A DNA stretch of 63,307 bases, the filler included, from Rhabdomonas costata (taxonomy: Eukaryota), in assembly GCA_019059605.1 (NCBI GenBank). It is 44 parts of 44 records of this genome, joined end to end, with 100 filler letters (N's around TTAATTAATTAA, not from the genome) between each part and the next. Parts side by side here need not be neighbours in the genome. Positions count along the whole stretch, not along the records: positions 37,477 to 38,809 come from JAHMHO010018826.1; positions 38,910 to 40,252 come from JAHMHO010018827.1; positions 40,353 to 41,693 come from JAHMHO010018828.1; positions 41,794 to 43,134 come from JAHMHO010018829.1; positions 43,235 to 44,572 come from JAHMHO010018830.1; positions 44,673 to 46,012 come from JAHMHO010018831.1; positions 46,113 to 47,453 come from JAHMHO010018832.1; positions 47,554 to 48,894 come from JAHMHO010018833.1; 36 more parts are not named here. One strand, written 5' to 3'. Below the pieces are notes generated by a model. That model saw only the letters and a list, made by a program, of their open reading frames with translations, was not told the origin of the DNA and made no database searches. Positions 37,576 through 49,400 of this stretch are shown piece by piece. Each line of letters starts with the position of its first letter. Position 1 is the first letter of the stretch. The position numbers and the translations under genes were made by a program.

Positions 37576-38746
37576 CTTCTTTAGGCACAGCTCGAGGACA
37601 TTGAGAGCCACTCGAGCATCCCCGTCAGCCAGCGCGGCGATGGCAGAGACCGCGGAATCGTCAAGCCTTTATTTTTTTAGGATGTACTTGTGTAAGAGGA
37701 GGGAAGATTGACGGACAGCAACGCTGCATATGCTGGTGTAAAACCGTGAAAAAATGTTTGTTTGCAGCAAACGCTTAACCTTCCTTATCTTGTCCATACT
37801 ATTTCCCAGAGATGGAATGACGCATTCTGGCTCAGAGAACACTCAGACTACGTGCATCGTGCCAATCATGCATGTCAGCGCATGAACTGATGGCTGGGTT
37901 TGTACTTGGGGCGTTGGCACGCCTGAGCAGTCAGAGAGGAGCCCTTCCAACTCGTATGACGTGACAAGATGGCCTCCCCATTGCAGGGCAGAGGGGGAAA
38001 ACCAAGGGAGGAGGGCAATGTTGTCACAAACACACCGCTCCGGAGGGCACCCCACCGCAGTGGCGGCACGGCGGAGGATCGTCGCGAGGCTCTCCGTGGA
38101 CAGCCGCTGCAGCACAAACACAGGCGCGCGGGACAGCAGCGCGCTGTTCACCTGCGACCCGCGCGCGAAGTGGTCGAATTTTCAAAAGTTGACGATGGTT
38201 GGCCTTCTCCAGGTTAGTAAGGGTGGGGTATCCAAAGAACGTGGTCCGGACCGACCACTCGAAAGCTCCGTGGTGACACTTGGCCACCTCCTTCCTTCCT
38301 TCCTTCTTTTTTCAAAAATCCCCCAAAAGCGTGGCGAGAGCCGGGAAAGACCGACTTGGACCCTTCTTGCGACCGCTCGCCTCCCCCCTCCATAAATAGA
38401 ATCCTTACAAACCGATGTAAAACGCGTCTTTAAACCAGATGACTTTAAAACACCCAGTCTGCTTCTGCATCTCTTAGAAAACTAATGCCACTGGTCTGCT
38501 CCCAATCCACACTAGCGCTGAAGTTCAACACAGACTGGCTGGCGGTTTCCTGGGGAGGGGGAGGCACAGTTGGCAGCGAGCTAAGCACACCCCAAAGGAG
38601 GGGTTCTCAGTGGTGGCGCCGATGAAGACAATGGTGCCATCCTCGATGAAAGGCAGGAAGCTGTCCTGCTGCGCCTTATTGAAGCGGTGGCACTCGTCCA
38701 GAAAGAGAATTGTCTGCCGGCGGGTCAGCCGGCGCTCATTCTTCGC
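37576..38746 (-). CDS. WRNIP1: WRNIP1/Mgs1/RarA AAA+ ATPase, partial; exons 38746-38591, 38151-38036, 37666-37576
   Basis: [40 protein letters not shown]..|VNSALLSR...|...[13 protein letters not shown]; introns in phase. Confidence 0.93.
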
Positions 38747-39078
38747 CTTTGGAACCCCACGTGAGTTCCCGCACCACACTCCCTTTGCTGAGTTTGTGCA
38801 GGTAAGGAANNNNNNNNNNNNNNNNNNNNNNNNNNNNNNNNNNNNNNNNNNNNTTAATTAATTAANNNNNNNNNNNNNNNNNNNNNNNNNNNNNNNNNNN
38901 NNNNNNNNNGGTGGTGGTTGGGGTTATCGGTTCGGTCCCATCTGCCCCCATGCATTCGTCGGTTGTCACGCTTTACGCTTTCCTCGCCAATACCTAATGT
39001 GGGGGCTCCTTCCCACCCCTCCGTTCCCTGAACTGTAATGAGGATGCGGAGGGTGTATCTGTTACGCTTTTATGGCAG

Positions 39079-40078
39079 ATCGCGGAGAACAAGCTGTCGG
39101 AGATCGCCGCGGCCGCGGCCGAGCTCTCCTTCCGGGAGCAAGGGCTGGAGCAGCTTCGTGCCCGGCTGGACCGCCGAGCAGCCGAGCTTGCGGCCAAGCA
39201 GCTCAAACTGGGTGAGGGCATCGAACAAACAGACAACTGTTCCTAAGTTAAGGAAGAAAATCGAAAATCAAAGTTGAGGCTTTTCCCCTTCTTCGCGCCC
39301 CGGCGAAATTCCAATTCACACTCCTCGCGGTACGAAAGTCCTTAGGATGGATGGTGTCCATCACTTTCACAGTATACTACCTTGGTTTCTGTCCCCTGTC
39401 CATGCACAAGAACTGCACAGCTGTGCTCTCTCCCCACTCTTCTTTTCATGCTTCTGGATTTGTTATGACTCACTTGTGCACATCACCCACCAACTCTACT
39501 CGACCTTTGTGCTTGTTTCTTGGAGCGCAAATTTTTCTGGACCACCATATATTTGCACACAACAGTCTTGTGCTGGCAGCTCTGCACAATAGTACTATCA
39601 TCACACAAATCCTGTCTCTCCATTTTTCTCTCTGCAATGCCCAGAGGAGAAGGAGCGCAGACTTGCCGAAGAAGCGCAGGCAAAGGTGCCACACTGAGTT
39701 TTATTTAACAACCCCATTCCGTTTCCTCTTTCGTTGAATTACCCACGAGATTCCGCTGCATATAGGAGTACAGTTGAAGAGCTATTCATTCAGGTGAGCC
39801 ATTCTTTGGGTGAGGCTTGAGTCACTCTTTGGGGGGGTGAGTTTGGGTGGTGCTCTGATTGCAATTCAAGCGACTAACTGCTTCTTGTTTGGTCAGCCTC
39901 AATTGAGGGTTGTGTTGGATTGGGGAGCCTTGCGGCCTGAAAGCCGGATTGTCTCGCCGGTTGAATGGATCCTCTCCCTGAGTGTCGTATGATGCTATGC
40001 ATGTTCTTCACACTCAGGCTGAGCTCCTCGCCGCTGCTGACTCCATCACAGACAAGGATGCTCGTATCCGTGAGCTTG
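39079..40078 (+). CDS. Coiled-coil protein, several short exons (~39079-39211, ~39645-39684, ~40018-40078)
   Basis: Heptad-rich peptides bounded by AG/GT. Confidence 0.45.
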
Positions 40079-40887
40079 GTACTTCTGTCCCTGTCGCGTT
40101 CCCTGTTGCGCGGACAACTCGTTACTTTTCAATGCTCGGCTTCGGCTCCAGTGGCTCGAAACCCTTTTCCTTGTTCCAACTCGACCTTCTCTGAACCTTT
40201 TCGAAAACCATTCGATTTAGTGGGTAGTGTGTGTGTGTGTGTGTGTGTGTGTNNNNNNNNNNNNNNNNNNNNNNNNNNNNNNNNNNNNNNNNNNNNTTAA
40301 TTAATTAANNNNNNNNNNNNNNNNNNNNNNNNNNNNNNNNNNNNNNNNNNNNTTGTGGAGGATTTCTTCCTCTTAAGGAGTTGAGTTCAAATACTTTTCG
40401 CCAGAGCTCGAATCAGATGAAGAGCAAGCGCTCAAGCGAAAAGTATTTGAACTCAACTCCTTAAGAGGAAGAAATCCTCCACAATCTCACCAGGGCACTG
40501 TCTGCGTTTTGGAGTTTGCTAGCAAGTGCTTTGCAAGTTTGTCAGTCAGCCAGCATAGTATCTGAGAAGAATGCATTCTCACTGCCCTGTTTTTCTGCAC
40601 GAATGAAAGGAAAGAAGGAAGGAAGGAAGAAGGCGACAACAAGTGACAGCGGCAAATTCTGAGGTGTGTGATCGCTTTCGAGTTTCCACACTCGCAAGCG
40701 CGCGCAAAGAAAACCAAGAGGGAAAGGGGGGGGGGACAGGAAAACAAAGGGAGAAATATAGGGCTTCTTCCAACACTTTGTTGGCATGGAATGAAGCAGA
40801 TCATCCGAAGCGGGGGTTGAAATACACTCCTCAGACTTCCAAACCGAACGGAAAACAGGAACGCAAGCGGGAGATAGTGACAGCAGG

Positions 40888-41693
40888 GTACCCAGAGACT
40901 GCGGGCAGCCCTCGGGGAGATCTCCGAAGTTGGGCCGGCGAGGAACTGCGGAGGGGCTTCTCGCAAGGAGTTCACAGCACACCACACCCAGACTGTACAC
41001 GGCAGACTGCGGGGAGAACCTGTGTGAAGCACGTGAGTGCAATTTAGCACGGTTGTTATGACCATGACACAAGAAGCTCCGAATATAGAACTAGCAAGTT
41101 TTCGTTTTTTTTAATGAAGAAAGAGAAAGCCAGTAAGTCCAGCACAACTAGCTCAGCAAAGCCAAACGTCTACTGAGTGCAGGTAATGGGATTATGTAAA
41201 ACGAATGGAGACGTGCTTAGGAACAGGCAAGCGGTCGAGAAGTGTTCAACTGCCAGGAAATAAAAAAACAGCGACAAGCAGGGGGGGGACGAGGTAAACG
41301 ATTGCATCCCAAAATTAGAATCTGAACACATCCTTAATCCCTTGCAACTTCCTCAACAGGCTCAACAGGCCGTACGCCGTGCTCTTTTAAGCCATTTTTG
41401 CAGTGGATTGGCATATTTGGAAATTACTCGTACGTATCTTCCGCAACGCACAGCCGCAGGCATATGTGCACACCCTTTAGCCGCAAGCACCTCAGGAGCG
41501 GTGTACACCGCCTTCGCAGGGGCCAAACGGAGCCCCTCCAGAACGGCCCCAGGAACCGCGGAGGGCGCCGAGGGGTGGGGGACGGGGCAGGAGAACTGCA
41601 GATGACCCAGCAGGGCAGGCCCTCGAAGATCCTTGTCCAGAAGGACTGCCCCGGGAGTGAGCAGGAGGTGCACCAGCCCGAGCCCACACACCC
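40888..41693 (-). CDS. Protein-kinase-fold pseudokinase, partial; exons >41693-41473 and ~40949-40888
   Basis: GLVHLLLTPGAVLLDKD...LLGHLQFS...YTAPE|FLAG...RSLW keeps the subdomain VIb-IX spacing but lacks HRD and DFG. Confidence 0.55.
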
Positions 41694-41999
41694 NNNNNNN
41701 NNNNNNNNNNNNNNNNNNNNNNNNNNNNNNNNNNNNNTTAATTAATTAANNNNNNNNNNNNNNNNNNNNNNNNNNNNNNNNNNNNNNNNNNNNGTGGGGG
41801 GGTGGTCGCGTTTTCTCGGGTTTTGATGCGACACGCTTCTGCTGCTCGTGGATCAAAGGTTGTTTCCTCTCATCTTTCTCCTCCTTTGTTTGGGTGAATG
41901 TGCAACCTCTCGTCAGGGTGCTCAGCTCAGCTGCTTGGCCTCTTTTTGCGCAGCGTGTGGCTTGCTTGTGGACCGTGCGCTGCGTGCTGCAATGTCCAG

Positions 42000-43042
42000 G
42001 CCGGCACTGTTTTGGAGCCCAGACGAAGCGCTTTGCCTGCGGGCGATGAGCTCATCAATTTACGTCGTGGATGGCCGCAACCTGTTGCAAAATCCACCTC
42101 AGGTGTGCGCCCAACGAGGGGGTTTGCAGAGGGCCGGGGTGAGCATTGAGAACGGAAGAAGTGGAGATTGACGTTTTGAACCAGAGGCTCTGGTGAAATC
42201 GATGGTTCTCCCGTCAGTTTAGTTGGCTGGGCTGTGGGATGTGTGTGTGTGTTTACCTACTGCAGATGGCAGTCACATGGCCGACCTTTCTTCTGGAAAT
42301 GGTAGAAAACAGATGCTGACATAGAAACAGAGGTGCCTGCAGGGCTTGATTCGACCCCACCATTCTTCGCACAGTCCATGCTGGAGGAGCGTGTCTCGGG
42401 GCTGAGCGTGTCCCTGGGGTCCCCACCCTGTGTGGCTGTGCTGACCACCAGCAAGCAGGTCGGGCCCGTCTCTCCGAATCACTCGCTTTCCCTCCCCTTT
42501 TCTCCTTTTTCCGTTTTTCTGGCCCATCAGAAAAAGGTGAAAATTCATGAAGGACAGGTAAGTGGGGCTGCAGGGTCGGTTTGACTCTAGGAAATCAACA
42601 TGATTGAAGACGACCTTTTTGTTCGCATCGGGAAATGAGGGCTGGTGGTGAGATGCCTTAGAGCGCGAGTTTTGGCATTATTTTTTAGCATCATCATTGT
42701 AGTAGGATTTGTCTGGTATGACTTTGTGGTGTAACTTGAGAAAAGCGTTTTGCGGGCAGAAAATTGAGCTGTTGGGAGTTTTTTGTGGGTCGGTCCAGCC
42801 ATGCCTATATTGACTTCCAATAGAGGGTTGGAGGGAGGGCGTGGTTTGGTTGGCGGGATGGCTCCGGGGAAGGTGGATGCAAACCCCTTGTTCCCCTCCG
42901 TCACTTGGAAGGGGGATGGGGATGCACAGGGAAAGCCCGGGAGCGTTCGCATTTACGAGCTCGGGCAGCTGCACCAGGAGCCCAAGTTGGCTCAAGACAT
43001 TACTCGTGTGGACTCTGCGGACCTGCTGTGGAACCGGCAGGG
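42000..43042 (+). CDS. eIF2A-like beta-propeller initiation factor, partial; exons 42000-42102, ~42306-42458, 42930-43042
   Basis: FWSPDEALCLR...KQ|GKPGSVRIYEL...VDSADLLWNRQG parallels eIF2A WSEDE.+C.R...KG.P..V++Y...AD.+.+.WN..G. Confidence 0.7.
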
Positions 43043-43318
43043 GTGCCCTTCCCTCTTTGCTGCGCTTCCTTGCTCTTCGCCGTCCTTCTGTGAACGAAGG
43101 CTTTCGTTTACCTCTCGTTTCCGCCCAAAACAACNNNNNNNNNNNNNNNNNNNNNNNNNNNNNNNNNNNNNNNNNNNNTTAATTAATTAANNNNNNNNNN
43201 NNNNNNNNNNNNNNNNNNNNNNNNNNNNNNNNNNAGGAACAAGCCGGCGAAGTTCCTAGTTATGTCCCGGCATAATACATTACGGAGTGGGTCAGGTTGG
43301 TGAGGGGAGGTTTCGTAC

Positions 43319-44402
43319 TGCTGCTCCAGCCGGCCTGTGAGCACGGTGTACTCGGACAGCTGCTGCGCGATCTCGTGCTGCAGCTGGGTCCGCCGCTCGT
43401 CGTAGCGCTGCAGGTCCGCGATCTTCACGCGCTGCTCCAAAGGGGCGAAGATCTGAGTGTGCCAGAGAGAAAGTTGGAAGCGACTGCAATCCAGCTGGAA
43501 ACATACGCGCGCGCGCACACACACATACACACTTATATGGGGACCGGGGTGCAGCTGGTCGCTGTTCGGCCGTTGGTGGCCCTTCGGCATGGCGTCACAC
43601 ACACATACGCACACACGTCCTCCACACAGCGAATGCGTGCTGTAAGCGCTAGAATTGACTGCCCCGCACGCTGCTCAACTCTATGCTGTGTACAACCAAT
43701 TTTCTGAGAATAGCTGAGAATAGCTCATTGAAAAGTTCAAGACAAGAGAGCTGTGTTGTTTTTGTATGTTTCCAATAAAAATGGCAGGGCGTTATCCAAA
43801 AATGAGCGCTATAACATCCTTGGAGCCATTGTGAGTTAATCTTGGGGACTGTTTTGACTGCCTTGTTTTTTTTTAACACCGAACCACTGCTGAGCATGGA
43901 AATACTCCCAAAAAGCTGAAAAAGAAAGCTGACGTGCTGTGTCTGCGAAGGATGCGCAGGGCAGACCTTCTTTTCTTCCGCAGCCTTCTGGTCCACCAGC
44001 TCCTTAATCGTGGAGTCGAGTTGCGCCAGGGTGTTTGTCATCTATAAAACATGAACGACGCAAAGACACTAAAAATAGTTCCGGCGGGGGGCCGAGAAAC
44101 CGGAATCGTTTGGTTACCGTTAATGGCCAAGCTTGGCCATTCATTGCGGTTGATGGGTGGGCCATTCTCAGGAAGAGATGACTGTTCCATCGTGATACGG
44201 TCACCACTGCCATGGTAGCCAGTGATCCCTCACCCCCCCAAACCACGCCCACACAGCACCTCCATCTCTGAGTTCATAATAGCTTGATAGCTTTGGGGGG
44301 GGGGGACGCAACCTGCTCGAGCTGAGGCCGGAGCTCCTCGGTCTGCTTGCTGAGCATGTCCAACTCCTTGCTGTTGGTTTGCAGTCGCCGCTTAGTGGCC
44401 GT
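43319..44402 (-). CDS. SMC1-like cohesin coiled-coil segment; exons 44402-44313, 44041-43967, 43452-43319
   Basis: EEKK|IFAPLEQRVKIADLQRYDERRTQLQHEIAQQLSEYTVLTGRLEQ resembles the SMC1 ED.+F..FC..+G+.N+R.YEE segment; phase-0 joins. Confidence 0.5.
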
Positions 44403-46112
44403 CTGCGCACACAAAGTGAGTGATATGGTGCTCAGCAGCGAGTGCACATTGTGCAATTGTCGACTTGATATTGAGTGGATACTGGATACCTCCCACCTCT
44501 CTCCGACCGGGCTGGGAGGAACTCCGTGCTTCAGGGTTGGGGCCAGGGTAGGGTGCCCGGGCCAGCGGGCTCNNNNNNNNNNNNNNNNNNNNNNNNNNNN
44601 NNNNNNNNNNNNNNNNTTAATTAATTAANNNNNNNNNNNNNNNNNNNNNNNNNNNNNNNNNNNNNNNNNNNNTTGTGGGGTTTAAGGTTTGTGTTTTAAG
44701 ATTTTCCATTCATTAACTGCAACATTTTTTGCATGGGAAGGCAAAATTACATGTTTCGGGTGTCTTCTCTCCCACGGGAGAAACTGTTCCTCCGAACTCG
44801 GAATTCTGGGCTGCCGCTGCTCAGCTTCTGTCTCAACTCCACCATGATTATCACCTTTCATCGTGATTTCTTCGCACACCCTTCCCGCCGCAGAGGCTCT
44901 TGTTGAGCAAAAGCTGCACGAACAGAAGTTCGACCAGACGACCAGATTCTCTGCAAGATTGCGTAGGACCTAATGGACGCACTTCATATTCGTGACCGGG
45001 GCCTTCAGAGGCAAGGTGAGCCTCATGCTGTTGATTGGCTTAGTGTTAAGCCGAACACGGTTCTTGGTCTTGACTTGGTGCCGCCAAATACCTCCTGCTG
45101 CTGCAATTCCACTTGGGAATTCCCCTTTTCCCACCTGAAGCGGGGGGGGGTCTCCGTGCGAGTGCTGTGGGGAACCTCTTGACGAATTCGGCGGTCACGT
45201 CGTCGCTTGCCGCCACGCTGGTCTCTGGGGTCTGATGCACAACCCAGATGGTTTCTCAGGAATAAATCCGATCCGAAAAAATTCCCACCCTGCCAGTTTC
45301 ACCTCGCACTAGAGGAGACCGCCTTCGGCGGCTTTCCAGCCCCCGCCCCCGGTTCTTGCGTTGCGGGAACGGATGGAGGCGGGTTCCCCTTCCCTTCTCA
45401 AGCAGACTGGTGGGAGACTCGCGCTCTACGGGCTACTTCCCCACCCTCTGCACCCGCTCTCCTTCCTCTAGTTTAATGGGCGTGCCTGGCGAGGGCCCTC
45501 TCACCCTTTAGCTCAGCACTGGCGACAACAAAAGATAAAAAGCGACCCGGAGGGAGACGCCACCCCAATGATGGGTTCGCGGAAAAAATTCCCACCTTTT
45601 CCGTGATCCAAAATTAATCCGATTCAAATTCAACCCGATTACAGTTAGGCATTGTCACACCCCTTCAACCCAACAATTCACTACACTTTCTCTCTTTTGT
45701 TTCCTTCCTCTCCCTCCCCCTTCCCGCACTCATCCCCGCCTTTCGTTTTGCACACTCAGTGTTGTGTGTGTGTGTGTGTGCATGTGTGCGTGTGCAGGCA
45801 AGCTTTGTCCGTGCACCTTCTTTTCACCCTTTCGCCGCGCTGTTGTGATGACGTAAACTTGCCGTGAGCCTCACATAGGCCTTGCTGGCTCTTTTTCTAT
45901 TGCCGGCGGTGTCCCATCTGGCGCTATTACAAGTGTAGCAATCACGGGGTTTGGGTGCTAACCGGATTAACCGGCACTGCACTTGAAACCGCGCAACCAC
46001 AACCTGAGCACANNNNNNNNNNNNNNNNNNNNNNNNNNNNNNNNNNNNNNNNNNNNTTAATTAATTAANNNNNNNNNNNNNNNNNNNNNNNNNNNNNNNN
46101 NNNNNNNNNNNN

Positions 46113-46440
46113 GTGTTGGTGTTGGCTGTAGGGGTTGGTGGTGGTGGTGGAGTCGGTGTCGTAGGTTGTAGCGTAGGGTGTTGGGGTTCGGCGTAGGGTG
46201 TTGGAGGTGGAGGGTGTTGGAGGTGGTGGTGTGGGTTGGTGTCAGTGGGTCTGTGGCGATCAGGGTGTCCGTGTGCTTGTTGTTGGGTGGGTCGTAGGGT
46301 GTTGTCAACCATGCCGTGTCTGTGTCAACCATGCCGTGTCTGTGTCCAAGGTTCCTGGTCTGTAACGTTGGGTGTGTGGTCTGTAGCGTTGGGTGTGGTG
46401 GCTAATCGGATGGAGGGTGTTGGTGTTGCTGTGTTGGTGT
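46113..46440 (+). repeat. GT-rich low-complexity tract with a short tandem duplication (aaccatgccgtgtctgtgtc x2)
   Basis: Directly visible. Confidence 0.7.
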
Positions 46441-49400
46441 TGCTGCTTTTCTCCACGAGATGTGTGAACCCATCAGAAGCCGCTCTCCAGATCCATCCGT
46501 CCGAATAAGCCGTTGAGAGCTGCCTCTTGAGCAAGCAGTGGTCCGAACGAGCATCATCAGGTACGACTGGCAACACGAGAACATACGGATGTGAGGCCAC
46601 CAACACCTGGTGAGCTAAGGTCATACGGTGACCGGTGATGCAACGTTACTCAAGCCTATGCACTGAAGCCGACCATGGATACGTGGGATGAGCTATGCAG
46701 TAACCCTCAGAGGCTCTGCTGTCATAGCCCCACAGTTGGGTAGTGCTGACTATCGGAATCTCCGATAGTCGTGGGAACCCCAACCACCACAGTCGTACCC
46801 AACTCACACAGAGGGTAGGCTGTGACACAACTACCCTAGCGTGGGTGAACAGAGCTTCGACTCTGTACCTTCTGCGTGACGTTAGGATGAGGCCCAACAT
46901 CCAACCTGTGGGTAGGCAGCAGGGTAACGGAGACGGTGCGATGCCTTCCCTCACTCCTGCTGCCCGAACCCCTCACCGTTGATGTTGACGCTGCCAACTC
47001 ACTGCAGGGACAGTGACGCGTACCTTCTACCGGTAGCACACTCAACTCTTGGCACTCCCAACGTTGATGCGTACCACCACCTGAAGGGAGGACACTGACA
47101 CACTCTGACGTGACGTTGCTGCAGCGATGATGGCATGAGGAAGGGTGACGTGACAGCCACCACGGCATGAACCACCCAGTAGTACCTCACCACACCCTAC
47201 GCACAGAGAGGGAGGGACAGAACCACCCAACTTCTGACGTGGGAAGTGGAGTGTGAGGGTAGTGGAAGGTGAGGGCACGACGTACGCTGAAGCACCACCC
47301 TGATGCATGACCCACTCCAGACATCCACCACAGAAGGATGAGAGTGAGAATGCCTCCAACGTGAGAAGCATGACCCACGTTACGCCTCTATGTGTGAAGA
47401 TGACAGAGTGACATCAGCGTAGGGTAAGAGCGTAACCTGAATGCCTCAACCCANNNNNNNNNNNNNNNNNNNNNNNNNNNNNNNNNNNNNNNNNNNNTTA
47501 ATTAATTAANNNNNNNNNNNNNNNNNNNNNNNNNNNNNNNNNNNNNNNNNNNNGGTGGGGGTACCCGCATTGGCGGGAAATGCCATTCAAGTGTGGCACA
47601 GTGGCTAGCGCGGAAGAACGTCGAGATGAGATGGCTAACGTTCAAAGACCCCGAATCCCCGAATCCCGTTCAATTTCTCCCGCGCAGGGAATAATGGGAA
47701 GGGATATAAAGACCCACACAAGGAAACAGAAAGGACGTAGGACAACGCATCCACTCATCCAAAGAAGACAGACGACGCAGTCTCTCCCTCATTTTCAAGG
47801 GGGATGTCCACATTCCCATACCACAGTGGAGGCCGTTGCGTGAGACTTCTAAGCAAAGAAGCAGTGCTTGCAGGGATGGCAGAAAAAGACAAGCACCCAT
47901 CCCCCCATTATTTTCTCTCCCAACTCACATAGACTCTCTTCCCACCGCGGAACTCTCACCCCGCCCCTTCCCTGCGCTTCTCGCTGACAAATGATGACCA
48001 GCAGTTCAAAGCTCAGCTCACCAGAAGCCGTCGGCCGTGGGTTTCTTCTCAGTGCGCAGCCCAGCAGCCTGCGCTGCCTTCACACGAGTTGATGTATAGC
48101 AGGTGCATCGATGAGTTCTTTTCCTTTTTTTCCTTCCTTCTTTCTGTGTGTCTGAATATTTCTTGTCTTCCGCTGAGACGCCTTGCGGTGACGCTGATCC
48201 GCGGTGATGCGCTGGATGTTTTTTCCTTGCACGTGACGCTGTACATTGTTTTCGTTGTCATTGCAATACTCCACCTCTGGTGCAAGGGCCTCGCCTCTGG
48301 TCGACGCGTTGCTGGGAGGACGTGTGCGAAAAAATGGAAGTGGTGTAGGGTGGGCACGAGACGAACCTGAGGCGGTAGCAAATAGCTCAGCACTCACCTC
48401 TGCGCGAAGCGACTGGCCAGAGGTTTTCCTTCTGAATAGGGACGGTATCCTCGTGGATGGCATGTGTGCACTTGTGCAAGTTCGAGCTTTGTTGGGTGAA
48501 TATGCAGAGTTGATTTTCATGGCTTGGGGGGAATGGGGGGGTCTTTGATTTCACCTCTTTGCTGGTTCTTTCAGCAATCAAACACAGAGTGGTTGGCGGA
48601 TTGTCTCCTTTCCAGAATCTGTGTTCCTCGCCTTGACTTTCTTTTGCATACCTTTGATTTGATTCTGCAGTTTTTTTCCTGCTTTGCTTCCTTTCTGATC
48701 TTCCCAAAAAAAATTGCGGGCGTGTGAAGGAAGATCGTGCAGCAGGTAGGAACGCACTGCGGCGCGCAGTGATCCGAAACCTACGGGTTTCCTTTTGTTG
48801 CTTTTTGTTGCGCTGTGGTGGTCTTGTTCTGTGCTTGGCGGATTTACTGTACCATTCGTCAAACTCACCCCCCCCCACACCAAACACACCCACANNNNNN
48901 NNNNNNNNNNNNNNNNNNNNNNNNNNNNNNNNNNNNNNTTAATTAATTAANNNNNNNNNNNNNNNNNNNNNNNNNNNNNNNNNNNNNNNNNNNNTTTTGG
49001 GGTGGGCTCATTTCAGGCTCCATCACCAGCGCTGCTGCTGCTATTGCTGCTGCTACTGTGATGGCGGCGGCGGCTGGACTTCGGAGGCGTAGCCCTGCAG
49101 GGACGCTCTTGTACATCCTCCTGTGCGGATAAGTTCCACTTACACGACCCGGGACGGTAAAGGGCGGCATCCAATAGAGAGGGGAGGTCTATACCAAAAA
49201 AAACTGATTTTGAGTTTTAATCGCCATTCTGCTCTGCGCTACTATACGTCTGGCAAAGAAAACAGGCCGGGGTGGAGCAGAGGTGTGTGAACAATTAGAA
49301 AACCCGGCTTAACGCACCGAAGTCGTTATTATCTATGCAATATTCATCATAAATTTTCATAATAAAAAAGTCGACTTCGCAAAAGCCAGAATATTCCTAA

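Noticed and set aside
37576-38746. Bacterial rarA (and similarly yqjG at 55295) as contaminant or recent HGT
   Set aside because: Both carry spliceosomal splice signals and belong to families widespread in eukaryotes
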